A DNA stretch of 63,795 nt, counting the filler, from Chiloscyllium plagiosum (taxonomy: Eukaryota), in NCBI RefSeq assembly GCF_004010195.1. It is 3 parts of one record of this genome, joined end to end, with 100 filler letters (N's around TTAATTAATTAA, not from the genome) between each part and the next. Parts side by side here need not be neighbours in the genome. Positions count along the whole stretch, not along the records: positions 26,747 to 56,125 come from NC_057710.1; 2 more parts are not named here. One strand, 5' to 3'. Below are positions 27,641 through 39,624 of this stretch, piece after piece. The notes below the pieces were generated by a model. The model was not told where the DNA came from and ran no database searches. It saw nothing but the letters and a program-made list of their open reading frames with translations. The translations under genes were made by a program, and so were the position numbers. How positions within the stretch are numbered: the stretch's first letter is position 1; every line of letters starts with the position of its first letter.

Positions 27641-27773
27641 TTTCTGGATTAGTGGTGCTGGAAGAGCACAGCAGTTCAGGCAGCATCCTCGGGTGCTGCC
27701 TGAACTGCTGTGCTCTTCCAGCATCACTAATCCAGAATCTGGTTTCCAGCATCTGCAGTCATTGTTTTTACCC
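27641..27773 (+). mobile_element. PLE-derived fold-back mini-element (lacks the HHR core), 14-bp TSD
   Basis: Inverted arms centred near 27690; TSD cctttaatatcctt at 27627-27640 and 27774-27787. Confidence 0.9.
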
Positions 27774-28164
27774 CCTTTAATATCCTTGCCTAATGAAAAC
27801 TGATTCAACTCAGTTTTGAAATTTGTAACTAACAAGCTCAGGAAGCTCTTTGAGGTGTGATTATAGGCTTCCACTACCCTTTAGGTGAAGAAGTGTAACC
27901 GTCATCTTTTTGATATAATTATAACAGGATCAGTGAAACATCAATGAGTGATGTTTATTTGAAGAAAAGATCATTTAAAGATAATGATCAATACCAATGT
28001 AACATATAACATCTGATCTCCATCCTGCTGTCTGTTGTTAAAAGTTATGGGGCTAACACATCATATTCTGATCAACTGGGTAGTGATTAACAGTACTTAA
28101 CAATACATGTCCATAAAGGTGTATGCACAACATATGACAATATCTGACATTTTACTCAATTGGT

Positions 28165-28985
28165 TCAAGATGGCAGTGGAGTAGCAAGGCTGAGCCCAGG
28201 ATTTGTCTACTCCTGTCTGCTTTCCATCTCTCTTTTCTTTTTTCTGTTTTTTTGTTTCTTCTTTTTGCTTTTGCTGTTTATCTTTTTTCATTTGTTTAAA
28301 GCCAAGGAAGTGGTAGGTGAAGGAGAAGGCCTCAGGAAGCAGTACCAGGACAAGCCAGACATGGCTCCACTCCAGCCCAGGGTCACCCAGCAAGCAAGGG
28401 GCAGGTCTCAGGCTGACTTCCCTGGCCCAGACTCACAGCGGAGCCGAAGTTCCAGGTTCCTGCCTAGGCCCGGGCGCCTGAAGGAGTGGAAGCATCAGCG
28501 AAAGGAACAGTGGAGGACCCCAAATGACTGGCAGCAGCATCTGGAGGAGCATTGGATGGGGAACAGGAGGTATGGAACCCACACATCCACAGGCCCAAGG
28601 TTCCAGCTCAGACATGGCCCATAACTGAGAGCCAGTTTCAGAGACTCTAGCCAATGTCAAACAGTGACTGGAAGAGCAGCAGAGGAGGAACAAGAAGCAG
28701 AGAGAGAGAGAGAGAGAGTATGATGGATGAATTCTAATGCAGTAAACACTTTGATTATATTCAGCCAAGGTTCCAGCTCAGACATGGCCCATAACTGAGA
28801 GCCAGTTTCAGAGACTCTAGCCAATGTCAAGCAGTGACTGGAAGAGCAGCAGAGGAGGAACAAGAAGCAGAGAGAGAGAGAGAGAGTATGATGGATGAAT
28901 TCTAATGCAGTAAACACTTTGATTATATTCAGTGTTTCATGATGGTGCATAGCGATCATTTCTGGATAAATTGTGTATAAAAATC
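28165..28985 (+). mobile_element. Non-autonomous element (5' part); its tail continues at 33221-33262 and about 36431-36455
   Basis: Starts TCAAGATGGC; continues after the CR1 insertion as aaaatcacttttcactgta...gtacatgtgacaata, then (aatct)-like repeats; aaaatc duplicated at 28980-28985 and 33221-33226. Confidence 0.55.
28595..28932 (+). repeat. Tandem duplication, 170 bp + 168 bp, each with an (AG)n tract
   Basis: 28595-28764 vs 28765-28932 differ by one AG unit and one substitution. Confidence 0.95.
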
Positions 28986-30415
28986 TACTCTTGGGAAATA
29001 GGGCAGGAGAGGTGACCGAGGTGACAGTGGGGGAGCACTTTGGGACCAGTGACCATAGTTTTATTCATCTTAACATAGTTATGGAGAGAGACAAAACTGG
29101 TCCACAGCTTCAAGTTTTAAATTAGGGCAAAGCAAATTTCATGGATTTAGACAGGAGCTTGCATGGGTTGATTGGAGTACATTGTTTGCAGGCAAAGGGT
29201 CCTCTGGCAAGTGGGAGGCCTATATCAGTGAGATAGCTAGAGTTCAAAGTCGAAATGCTCCTGTGAGGGTGAAGGACAAGGTTGACAGGAACAGGGAATG
29301 TGGATGACAAGAAATATTGAGGCGTTGACCAGAAAAAAGGAGGCATGGCTCAAGTACATGCACTGGGATTAAGGGAATCCCTGGAGGTATATAGGGATTA
29401 TAGGAGTTTACTGAAGAAAGAAATCAGGAGGGCAAAAAAGGGGCACGAGATACCCTTGGCTGAGAAGATTAGAGTGAATCCAAGGAAGTTCTTTAAGTAC
29501 ATTAAATGAAAAAGAATAACTAGATAGAGAATAGGATTCCTTCAGGACATGTATGTGTAGAACTGCAAGAGATGGGTGAGGTTCTCAATGAATATTTCTT
29601 CTGTGTGTTTACTGTGGAGAAAGACCTGAAGACTTGGGAACTTGGGGAAGTTACTGGGCATATACTGGGGACAATCTTTATCACAGTAAAGGAGATGTTG
29701 TATTAAAATGTATGAGGTGGATACATTTCCTGGTCCTGACCAAATATATTCAAGTACACTGCTAGAGACTAGAAAAGAAATTGCGGGGGCCCTGGCTGAC
29801 ATTTTTGTATCATCGTTAGCCAGGGGTGAGGACACTGAAGACTGGAGGGTAGCGAATGTTGTGTCATTACTCAAGAAGGACTGTAAAGAAAAACCTGGGA
29901 ACTATAGACCAGTAAGCTTAACATCTTTGTAGGGAAGGTTACTTAAGAAGATTCTGAGAGACAAGGTATATATGCATTTGGAAAGACAGAGTTTGATTAG
30001 GAGCAGTTAGCACACCTTTGTGAGTGGGAGATCATTCCTCACAAATTTGTTAGAGTCCTTTGATGAAGTGACCAGGAAGGTTGACAAGGGCAAGGTGACA
30101 GATGGATTTTATGGATTTTAGTAAGGCCTTAGATAACGTTCCACATGGTAGACTCCTCTGGAAGGTTAGATCACATGGAATCAGGGGACTGGCCAAATTT
30201 GGTATACAATTAGCTTGATGGTAGGAAGCAGAGGGTAATAGTGGAAGGATGCTTGTCGGATTGGAGGCCTGTGACAAGTGGAGTGCCTCAGGGGTCAGTG
30301 CTGGACCCATTGCTGTTTGTTATCTATATCAATGATTTGAGTGAGAATGTACAAGGCATAATTAGTAAGTTTGAAGATAACACTAAAATTGGTGGTATCA
30401 TAGACAGTGAAGAGG

Positions 30416-32125
30416 TAGGGGAGACCCTAAATGAGTTTTTTTCTTCAGTATTCACTAGAGAGAGGGACCTTCTTGATTGTGAGAACACCTTGGACCAGGT
30501 TAAGAGGCTTGAACAGATTAAAATTAAGGAAGTGCGTGCGCTAGAAATTCCAGAAAGCATCAAGATAGATAAGTCCCCAAGGCCGGAACAGATATATCGA
30601 AGGTTACTACGAGAAGCAAGGAACAAGATTGCTGCGACTCTGGCGATGATCTTTGCATCCTCACTCTCCACAGGAGTAGTGCCAGATTGAAGGGAAGCGA
30701 ATGTTGTTCCTCTGTTCAAGAAAGGGAATAGGGAAATCCCTGGAAATCACAGAACAGTCAGTCTTCTGTCAATGGTAAACAAGGTACTGGAAAGGATTCT
30801 GAGAGATAGGATTTATGACTTTTTGGAAAAACATAGTTTGTTTAAAGATAGTCAGCATGGCTTTATGAGGGGCAGATCATGCCTCACAAGCCTTATTGAG
30901 TTCTTTGAGGCTATGATGAGACAAGCTGATGAAGGACAAACGATTGATGTGGTGTCTATGGATTTCAGTAAGGCATTTGATAAGGTTCCCCACAATAGCC
31001 TCATTCAGAACGTTGGGAAGTATAGACTACAGGGAAATCTGGCTAACTGGATACAGAATTGGCTAGCCGAAAGAAGACAACGAGTAGTAGTGGTTGGAAA
31101 GTATTCTGCCTGGAGGTCGGTGACCAGTGGTCTCCTGCAAGGATCTGTTCTTGGGCCTCTGCTCTTTGTAAGTTTTATAAATGACTTGGACAAAGGAACA
31201 GAAGGGTGGGTTAATAAGGTTGCCGATGACACAAAGGTCGGTGGTATTGTAGATAGTGTTGAGGGCTGTTGCGGGCTACAACAAGACACTGACAGGATGC
31301 AGAGCTGGGCTGAGAGGTGGCAGATGAAATTCAACCTGGATAAATGCGAACTGATTCATTTTGAAAACTCAAATTTGAATGCTGAATACAGGGTTAAAAA
31401 CAGGATTCTTGACAATGTGGAGGAACAGTGGGATCTTGAGGTCTACGTACATGGATCCCTCAAAGTTGCCACCCAAGTGGATAGGATTATTAAGAAGACA
31501 TATGGTGTTTTGGCTTTCATTAACAGGGGGTTTGAGTTGAAGAGCCACGATGTTTTGCTGAAGCTCTATAAAACCATGGTTAGACCATACTTGGAATATT
31601 GTGTTCAATTCTGTTCACATCATTGTACGAAAGATGTAGATGCTTTGGAGAGGGTGTAGAGGAGATTTACTAGGATGTTGCCTAGATTGGGGGGCTTGTC
31701 TTATGAAGACAGGTTGAGTGAACTAGGGCTTTTCACTCTGGAGAGAAGAAGGAAGAGAGATGATTTGATTGAGGTGTACAAGATAATGAGAGGCATAGAC
31801 AGAGTAGATAGTTAAACACTTTTCCCCAGGGCAGAAATGGTTGTCACAAGGGATCATAATTTTAAGGTGATTGGAGGGAGGTATAGGGGAGATGCCAGAG
31901 GTAGGTTCTTTACGCAGAGAGTGGTGGGTGCGTGGAATGCACTGCCAGTGGTGGTAGTAGAGTCTGGTAAATAAGGGACATTTAAGCGATTGCTGGACAA
32001 GCACATGGATGGCAGTACATTCAGGAGTGTGTAGGTTAGGTTGATCTTAGAATAAAATAAATGCTCAGAACAACATCGTGGTCTGAAGAGCCTGTACTGT
32101 GCTGTACTGTTCTATGTTCTATGTT
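30416..32125 (+). mobile_element. Nested CR1 LINE, 5'-truncated, (TTCTATG)n tail
   Basis: RT ORF 30772-31659 (SQHGF, DFSKAFDKVPH, QGSVLGP, ADDTK); interrupts the host between gacagtgaagag and tatcagaaattgcagcag. Confidence 0.92.
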
Positions 32126-32888
32126 ATCAGAAATTGCAGCAGGACCTTGATCAGCTGGGGAAGTGGGATGAGAAATGGCAAATGGAATCTAATATAGATA
32201 AGTGTGAGGTGTTGCATTTTGGAAAGTCAAATCAAGATATGAGCTTTATGGTGAATGGAAGGGCCTTAAGGAGTCACTCACACTCACCTTGGAGTTCAGG
32301 TGCATGGTTGTCTGAAAGTGGAGTCACAAGAGGCAGGGCAGTGAAGAAGGCTTTTGGTACACTGGCCTTCATCATTCAGAGCATTGAGTATAGAAGTTAG
32401 AAAGTCATGTTGCAGTTGTACAGGACATTGATGAGGCTGCACTCTTGTGTATTGTGTTCCGTTTTGGTCACCTTGCTATAGGAAAGATGTTGTTAAACTG
32501 GAAAAAGTGCAGAAGAAATTTGCAAGGATGTTGCCTGGACTCAATAGCCTGAGTTATATGGAGAGGCGAGACAATCTAGGACTTTTTTCTTCAGAGCAGA
32601 GGAGACCGAGTGGGCATCTTATAGAAATGTATAAGATCATGAGAGACATGGATAGGGTGAATGCACTCTTCTTTCTCCCAGGGTTGGGGAATCAATGACT
32701 CGAGGGCATCAGTTTAAGGTTAGAGGGGAAAGAATAAAAGAGAACTTAAGGGGTACCCTTTTTTTTACACAGAGGGTGGTGCGCATATGGAATGAGCTGC
32801 TGGCAGAGGTTGTTGAGGCAGTTACATTCATAACATTTAAAATGCATTTGGATAAATACATAGATAAGAAAGGTTTAGCAGGATATGG

Positions 32889-33103
32889 AGAAAGTGAAGA
32901 CTGGAGTTGCTGGAGATCAGAGTCGAGAGTGTGGTGCTAGAAAAGCACAGCAGGTCAGGCAGCATCCGAGGGGCAGGAGAATCAATGTTTCAGGCATAAA
33001 CCCTTCATCATTCCTGATGAAGGGCTTATGCCCAAACCATTGATTCTCCTGCTCCTTGGATGCTGCCTGACCTGTTGTGCTTTTTCAGCACCGCACTCTC
33101 GAC
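32889..33103 (-). mobile_element. PLE-derived fold-back element with two inverted HHR remnants, 14-bp TSD
   Basis: Palindrome centred at 33011-33014; TSD ttagcaggatatgg (32875-32888) / ttagaaggatatgg (33104-33117). Confidence 0.9.
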
Positions 33104-33262
33104 TTAGAAGGATATGGGCCAATGCAGGGAAATGGTGTTAGCGTAGGGGGTCAGCATGGACCAGATTGGGCCAATGGCTCTGTCTCTGTGCTGTAGGACT
33201 CTGTGACTCTCTATGACTCTAAAATCACTTTTCACTGTATTTTTTATGTACATGTGACAATA

Positions 33263-36200
33263 GGCAGGAATTTAAAAAAGGAGATACGCAAGAGTAGTAA
33301 CGGATTACTCCCGGTGCTATGAGCTAGTGAAGGCAGGAATAGGAGGATAGAGCAGATGAATGCATGGCTGAGGAGCTGGTGTATGGGAGAAGGATTCACA
33401 TTTTTGGATCATTGGAATCTCTGGGTAGGTGTGAACTGTACAAGAAGGATGGATTGCACATAACTTGGAAGGTTAGGTGGGCTTGGATCGGCGCAACATC
33501 GAGGGCCGAAGGGCCTGTACTGCGCTGTATTCTTCTATGTTCTATGTTCTATAACTTGGAAGAGGACTAATATACTGGCAGGGAGATTTGCTCGAGCTGC
33601 TTGGGAGGATTTAAACTAGTAAGATGGGGGAGGGGGCTGCAGGGAGCTCGTGAGGAAAGAGATCAATCTGAGACGGGTACAGCTGAAAACAAAAGCGAGT
33701 CAAACAGTCAGGGCAGGCAGGGACAAGTTAGGACTAATAAATTAAACTGCATTTATTACAATGCAATGGGGCTAACAGGGAAGGCAGATGAACTCAGGGC
33801 ATGGTTAGGAACATGGGACTGGGATATCATAGCAATTACAGAAACATGGCTCAGCGATGGGCAGGACTGGCAGCTTAATGTTCCAGGATACAAATGCTGC
33901 AGGAAGGATAGAAAGGGAGGCAAGAGAGGAGGGGGAGTGGCGTTTTGATAAGGTATAGCATTACAGCTGTGCTGAGGGAAGATATTCCCGGAAATACATC
34001 CAGGGAAGTTATTTGGGTGGAACTGAGAAATAAGAAAGCGATGATCACCTGATTGGGATTGTTTCATAGACTCCCTAATAGTCAGAGGGAAATTGAGAAA
34101 CAAACTTGTAAGGAGATCTCAGCTATCTGTAAGAATAACATGGTGGATATGGTAGGGGATTTTAACTTTCCAAACATCAGCTGGGACAGCCATAGTGTTA
34201 AAGGTTTAGATGGAGAGGAATTTCTTAAGTGTGTACAAGAACACTTTCTGATTGAGTACGTGGATGTACCTAGGAGAGAAGGTGCAAAACTTGACCTACT
34301 CTTGGGAAATAAGGCAGAGCAGGTGACTGAGGTGTCAGTGGGGGAGCACTTTGGGGCCAGGGACCATAATTCTATTAGATTAAAACAGTGATGAAAAAGG
34401 ATAGACCAGATCTAAAAGTTGAAGTTCTAAATTGGAGAAAGGCCAATTTTGACGGTATNNNNNNNNNNNNNNNNNNNNNNNNNNNNNNNNNNNNNNNNNN
34501 NNNNNNNNNNNNNNNNNNNNNNNNNNNNNNNNNNNNNNNNNNNNNNNNNNNNNNNNNNNNNNNNNNNNNNNNNNNNNNNNNNNNNNNNNNNNNNNNNNNN
34601 NNNNNNNNNNNNNNNNNNNNNNNNNNNNNNNNNNNNNNNNNNNNNNNNNNNNNNNNNNNNNNNNNNNNNNNNNNNNNNNNNNNNNNNNNNNNNNNNNNNN
34701 NNNNNNNNNNNNNNNNNNNNNNNNNNNNNNNNNNNNNNNNNNNNNNNNNNNNNNNNNNNNNNNNNNNNNNNNNNNNNNNNNNNNNNNNNNNNNNNNNNNN
34801 NNNNNNNNNNNNNNNNNNNNNNNNNNNNNNNNNNNNNNNNNNNNNNNNNNNNNNNNNNNNNNNNNNNNNNNNNNNNNNNNNNNNNNNNNNNNNNNNNNNN
34901 NNNNNNNNNNNNNNNNNNNNNNNNNNNNNNNNNNNNNNNNNNNNNNNNNNNNNNNNNNNNNNNNNNNNNNNNNNNNNNNNNNNNNNNNNNNNNNNNNNNN
35001 NNNNNNNNNNNNNNNNNNNNNNNNNNNNNNNNNNNNNNNNNNNNNNNNNNNNNNNNNNNNNNNNNNNNNNNNNNNNNNNNNNNNNNNNNNNNNNNNNNNN
35101 NNNNNNNNNNNNNNNNNNNNNNNNNNNNNNNNNNNNNNNNNNNNNNNNNNNNNNNNNNNNNTATTTGGAAAGGCAAGGACTGATTAGGGAGAGTCAACAT
35201 GGCTTTGTCTCACAAACTTGATTAAGTTTTTTGAGAAAGTAACAAAGAAGATTGATGAGGGCAGAACAGTAGATGTGATCTATGTGGACTTCAGTAAGGC
35301 ATTCGACAAGGTTCCCCATGGGAGACTGGTTAGCAAGGTTAGATTTCACAGAATACAGGGAGAACTAGCCATTTGGATACAGAATTGGCTCAAAGGTAGA
35401 AGACAGGCGGTGGTGGTGGAGGGTTGTTTTTCAGACTGGAGTCCTATGACCAGTGGAGTGCCACAAGGATCGGTGCTGGGTCCACTTCTTTCGACATTTA
35501 TATAAATTATTTGGATGCGATCTTATGAGGTACAGTTAGTAAGTTTGCAGATGACACCAAAGTTGGAGGTGTGGTGGACAGCAAAGCAGGTTATCTCAGA
35601 TTACAACAGGATCTGGACCAGATGGGCCAATGGGCTGAGAAGTGGCAGATGGAGTTTAATTCAAATAAATGCGAGGTGCTGCATTTTGGGAAAGCAAATC
35701 TTAGAAGGACTTATACACTTAATGGTAATGTCCTAGGGAGTATTGCTGAACAAAGACCCTTGGAGTGCAGGTTCATAGCTCCTTGAAAGTGGAGTCACAA
35801 TAGATAGGATAGTGAAGAAGGCGTTTGGTATGCTTTCCTTTATTGGCCAGAGTATTGAGTTGGGAGGTCATGTTGCGGTTGTACAGGTCATTGGTGAGAT
35901 CACAATTGGAATTCTGGTCTCCTTCCTATTGGAAAGATGTTGTGAAACTTGAAAAGGTCCAGAAAAGATTTGCAAGGATGTTGCCAGGGTTGGAGGAGTT
36001 GAGCTATAGGGAGAGGCTGAATAGGCTGGTGCTGTTTTCCCTGGAGCGTCGGAGGCTGAGGGATGACATTATAGAGGTTTACAAAATTATGAGAGGATTG
36101 GATAAATAGACAAGATCTTTTCCCTGGGGTTGGGGAGTCCAGAACTCGAGGGCATAGGTTTAGGGTGAGAGGGGAAAAATATCAAAGTGACCTAAGGGGG

Positions 36201-36430
36201 CAACTTTTTCATGTGTATGGAATAAGCTGCCAGAGGAAGTGGTGGAGGCTGGTACAATTGCATCATTTAAAAGGAATTTGGATGGGTATATGAATAGGAA
36301 GGGTTTGGAGGGATATGGGCCGGGTGCTGGAAGGTGGGACTAGATTGAGTTGGGATATCAGGTAGGTGTGGACGGGCTGGACCGAAGGGTGTGTTTCTGT
36401 GCTGTACATCTCTATGACTCTGTGACTCTA
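33263..36430 (+). mobile_element. CR1 family A: ORF1 esterase end, ORF2 (gap 34459-35161) and 3' UTR
   Basis: YKKDGLH esterase-type motif; CIYYNA, IAITETW and GGGVA endonuclease motifs; RT pieces 35218-36109; tail ctatgactctgtgactcta; closely similar to 1-2570. Confidence 0.93.
33472..33550 (+). mobile_element. About 80-bp CR1 3'-tail-only insertion with 12-bp TSD
   Basis: Nearly identical to 56711-56793; ataacttggaag duplicated at 33460-33471 and 33551-33562. Confidence 0.9.
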
Positions 36431-36887
36431 TAAGTATAAATCTAAATCTAATCTGAGTGGAAGGTTTTCTAAATAAGAAGAATCAATCTTCTGATGAAAC
36501 AGTCGAGGAAAATAACTTTGGCCTGGATTTGCTTAGCTCTCCCCAGGTGGGGTGACAGGAAGGAGAATTAACAGGGCACATTTGCCTCAGAGAGAAACTC
36601 ACACACCCCTTGCTACCTTGGCACTTATGTGGCCATGGGGATCTTTCACGTCTTTTGTGGCCAGTTGAGGGCCTGAATTCTCCACCTCCCAATCCCCTGT
36701 TTCACCAGCAGCAAGGAAGATCGTGAGTTTCTTGAATGGGAGAGCAGGGTGAACTGCCTGCCAGATTGGAGAGGTGGTCTCTTACTGACCAAATCTGGGG
36801 GAAAGGCACACAATTGCCTCTGAAAATCATAATATACCACTGCCACAGGCCCCCTCCCCCCATCCCACATGCCCTATCCTGCAAATA

Positions 36888-38044
36888 TCTGGATTAGAGT
36901 GGTGCTGGAAAAGCACAGCAGTTCAGGCAGCTTCCAAGGAACAGCAAAATCGACATTTCAGGCAAAAGCCCTTCATCAGGAATACAGGCAGAAAGCCTGA
37001 AGGATGGAGAGATAAATGAGAGGTGGGTCAGGGTGGGGAGAAAGTAGCACCAGGGGCGTTCTGTCCTTGGTCCTCACCTTCCACCCTACCAACCTTCACA
37101 TAAACCAAATCATCCGCCGACATTTCCGCCACCTCCAAACAGACCCCACCACCAGGGATATATTTCCCTCCCCACCCCTTTCCACCTTCCACAAAGACCG
37201 TTCCCTCCGTGACTACCTGGTCAGGTCCACGTTCCCCTACAACCCACCGTCCCATCCTGGCACCTTCCCCTGCCACCGCAGGAATTGCAAAACCTGCGCC
37301 CACACCTCCTCCCTCACCTCCATCCAAGGCCCTAAAGGAAACTTCCACACCCATCAGAGTTTTACCTGCACATCCACCAATATCATTTATTGTATCCGTT
37401 GCTCCCGATGCGGTCTCCTCTACATTGGGGAGAGGGGACGCCTCCTAGCAGAGTGCTTTAGGGAATATCTCTGGGACATCCTCACCAATCAACCACACTG
37501 CCCTGTTGGTGGCCCAACATTTCAACTCCCCCTCCCACTCTGCCGAGGACATGGAGGTCCTGGGCCTCCTTCACCACCGCTCCCTCACCACCAGACGCCT
37601 GGAGGAAGAACGCCTCATCTTCCCCCTCGGAACACTCCAACCCCAGGGCATCAATGTGGACTTCAACAGCTTCCTCATTTCCCCTTCCCCCACCTCACCC
37701 CAGTTCCAAACTTCCAGCTCAGCACTGTCCCCATGACTTGTCCGGACTTGTCCTACCTGCCTATCTCCTTTTCCACCTATCCACTCCACCCTCTCCTCCC
37801 TGACCTATCACCTTCATCCCCTCCCCCACTCACCTATTGTACTCTATGCTACTTTCTCCCCACCCCCACCCTCTTCTCATTTGTCTCTCCACCCTTCAGG
37901 CTCTCTGCCTGTATTCCTGATGAAGGGCTTTTGCCCAAAACATCGATTTTGCTGTTCCTTGGATGCTGCCTGAACTGCTCTGCTTTTCCAGCACCACTCT
38001 AATCTAGAATCTGGTTTCCAGCATCTGCAGTCATTGTTTTTACC
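36888..38044 (+). mobile_element. Penelope-like element: inverted pLTR + 5'-truncated body (GIY-YIG endonuclease) + pLTR
   Basis: FPCHRRNCKTCAH, FTCTSTNIIYCIRCSRCGLLYIGE, then after a frameshift VAQHFNSPSH...RRLEEERLIF.LGTLQPQGIN; HHR motifs at about 36946-36983 (-) and 37913-37948 (+); TSD atcctgcaaata / atgctgcaaata. Confidence 0.93.
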
Positions 38045-38829
38045 ATGCTGCAAATAGTGTATAAAACAACTTGCCTTCTGGTCCTTCGAGGAGCAGTCGT
38101 TTACTGGTGCCCAGAAAATGCTGGCTTTTAATTAACTGTCCCAGGATGGCAATGCTGTGATCTGTGACAGGGCAAAATACTTGCACCGAGGTGTTCTGAT
38201 GAGTTATTCCATTCGTGTGGGTGGCTTGTTAGTTTTCCCCGAAAGACTCACACCTATACTTGGAAAAACATGAAAAAGTACTGCCCTTTTTGTCTGAATG
38301 TACTAGTTTGGAGCAATAAATTTACAAGTCTCTGAAATGGTTCAGCAGTTTGCTTGTCCCACCCAGACAGAGTCATGGTGATCATCGCTGGAGGCTGCTG
38401 TACATTTTCACTTTTTAGGTCCATTTTTGTCTCTGCCAATACACTTATGAAGAAAAAAACTGCAAAGGTGTGGGGAAGGAGCAAAGGAGTTGGATTAATT
38501 TGATCATTTTTGCAAAGAGCCAGCAGCAATATAATGGTATCCCATGTGGTATATGATGTTTAATTCTCTGTTTGAAAATGGTTTTAAGTTTACAGGTACG
38601 GTCGAATACTTTACCCTTTCCAAAGTTGTAAGCAAAACAGTCAGGTTATTGATCAAACGAGGTATCACATGTAAACCTGTTTCAGAGCTGTCTTAAAAAA
38701 CACTAAATAGTAGTCAGCAGCATAATTACACCTGATCTTTCCCCTTCTGACATAAAGATCCAAAACTGGTTGTATTGTTCTAAATGTTCCTGTGGCTCTG
38801 TTGATGCTGACACTAAGGGAAAAGATTGA

Positions 38830-38954
38830 GCTGATGAAGGGCTTTTGCCTGAAATATCGATTTTCCTGCTCCTCGGATGCTGTCTGACCTGCTGTGCCTT
38901 TCCAGCACCACACTCTCGACTCTAATCTCCAACATCTGCAGTCCTCACTTTTGC
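38830..38954 (+). mobile_element. Solo PLE pLTR 3' fragment starting at the HHR core
   Basis: ctgatgaagggcttttgcctgaaatatcg; TSD ctaagggaaaagattga (38813-38829) / ctaagagaaaagactga (38955-38971). Confidence 0.85.
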
Positions 38955-39624
38955 CTAAGAGAAAAGACTGACCCTTTCTTGCTTTTAAGGTTCAACACTC
39001 CACTAATTCATTATGAAAGGAAATTTTGCATCGATGGTGATCAGCAATGATTGACTGAAAGCACAGAGCATTTCTAATTCATGATGTTCTGCTTCAGTAC
39101 TAGAAAATATTTTAAAAACAAATATTTCATATATGTATATATACATACACAGAACAACAGAGGAAAAATATTCCAAAAATAGAGATAAAGATCAACAAAC
39201 TTGGAAAGTAATTAAAGAAATGGGAATGACATGGGATTTGACAATGGGATTAGAATAGTTAAGTGGTTGTTTATGACTGGCACAGACTTGCAGAGCTGAA
39301 GAGCCTTTTTCTGTGCTGTAAGCATCTCAGATTTTATGGCTATGACAGAATTCTGTGGAAAAGTTCCTCATGACAGTCAGCTACAGCCCAGCATGAGAAG
39401 CCATAAAGGCACTCGAAACTAGCTGTCAAAGCTTCCATTACCTCTTACCTGCTTTATTATACAGGCACATGACTATAAAAAGAAAAAGCTTTTGTACTAC
39501 TGAAAGAAAGCATCTTTTGTGGAAGCTTTTCATCTTGCACTCATTAGGGCAATGTATCAATGGATAAATGCTTTTCTTTGCCTGTACAATCCAGTCACTC
39601 AATCTGCTAAATTTGGCAGTTTAA

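Larger units (their letters stand above)
28986..33220 (+). mobile_element. CR1 LINE (host of nested insertions), decayed ORF2 and 3' UTR
   Basis: [31 protein letters not shown]...CEVLHFG; tail ctctgtgactctctatgactct. Confidence 0.9.

Noticed and set aside
28160..28624. 154-aa ORF with hydrophobic poly-Phe stretch
   Set aside because: The Phe run comes from a T-rich low-complexity tract in a repeat; no domain recognised.
34388..35221. Long ORFs spanning N runs (also 40664-41223)
   Set aside because: Their length is an artefact of unknown bases.
37016..38002. 328-aa ORF as an intact protein gene
   Set aside because: It starts in the inverted pLTR, lacks RT and leaves the GIY-YIG frame near 37505; the Pro-rich C-terminus is out-of-frame sequence.
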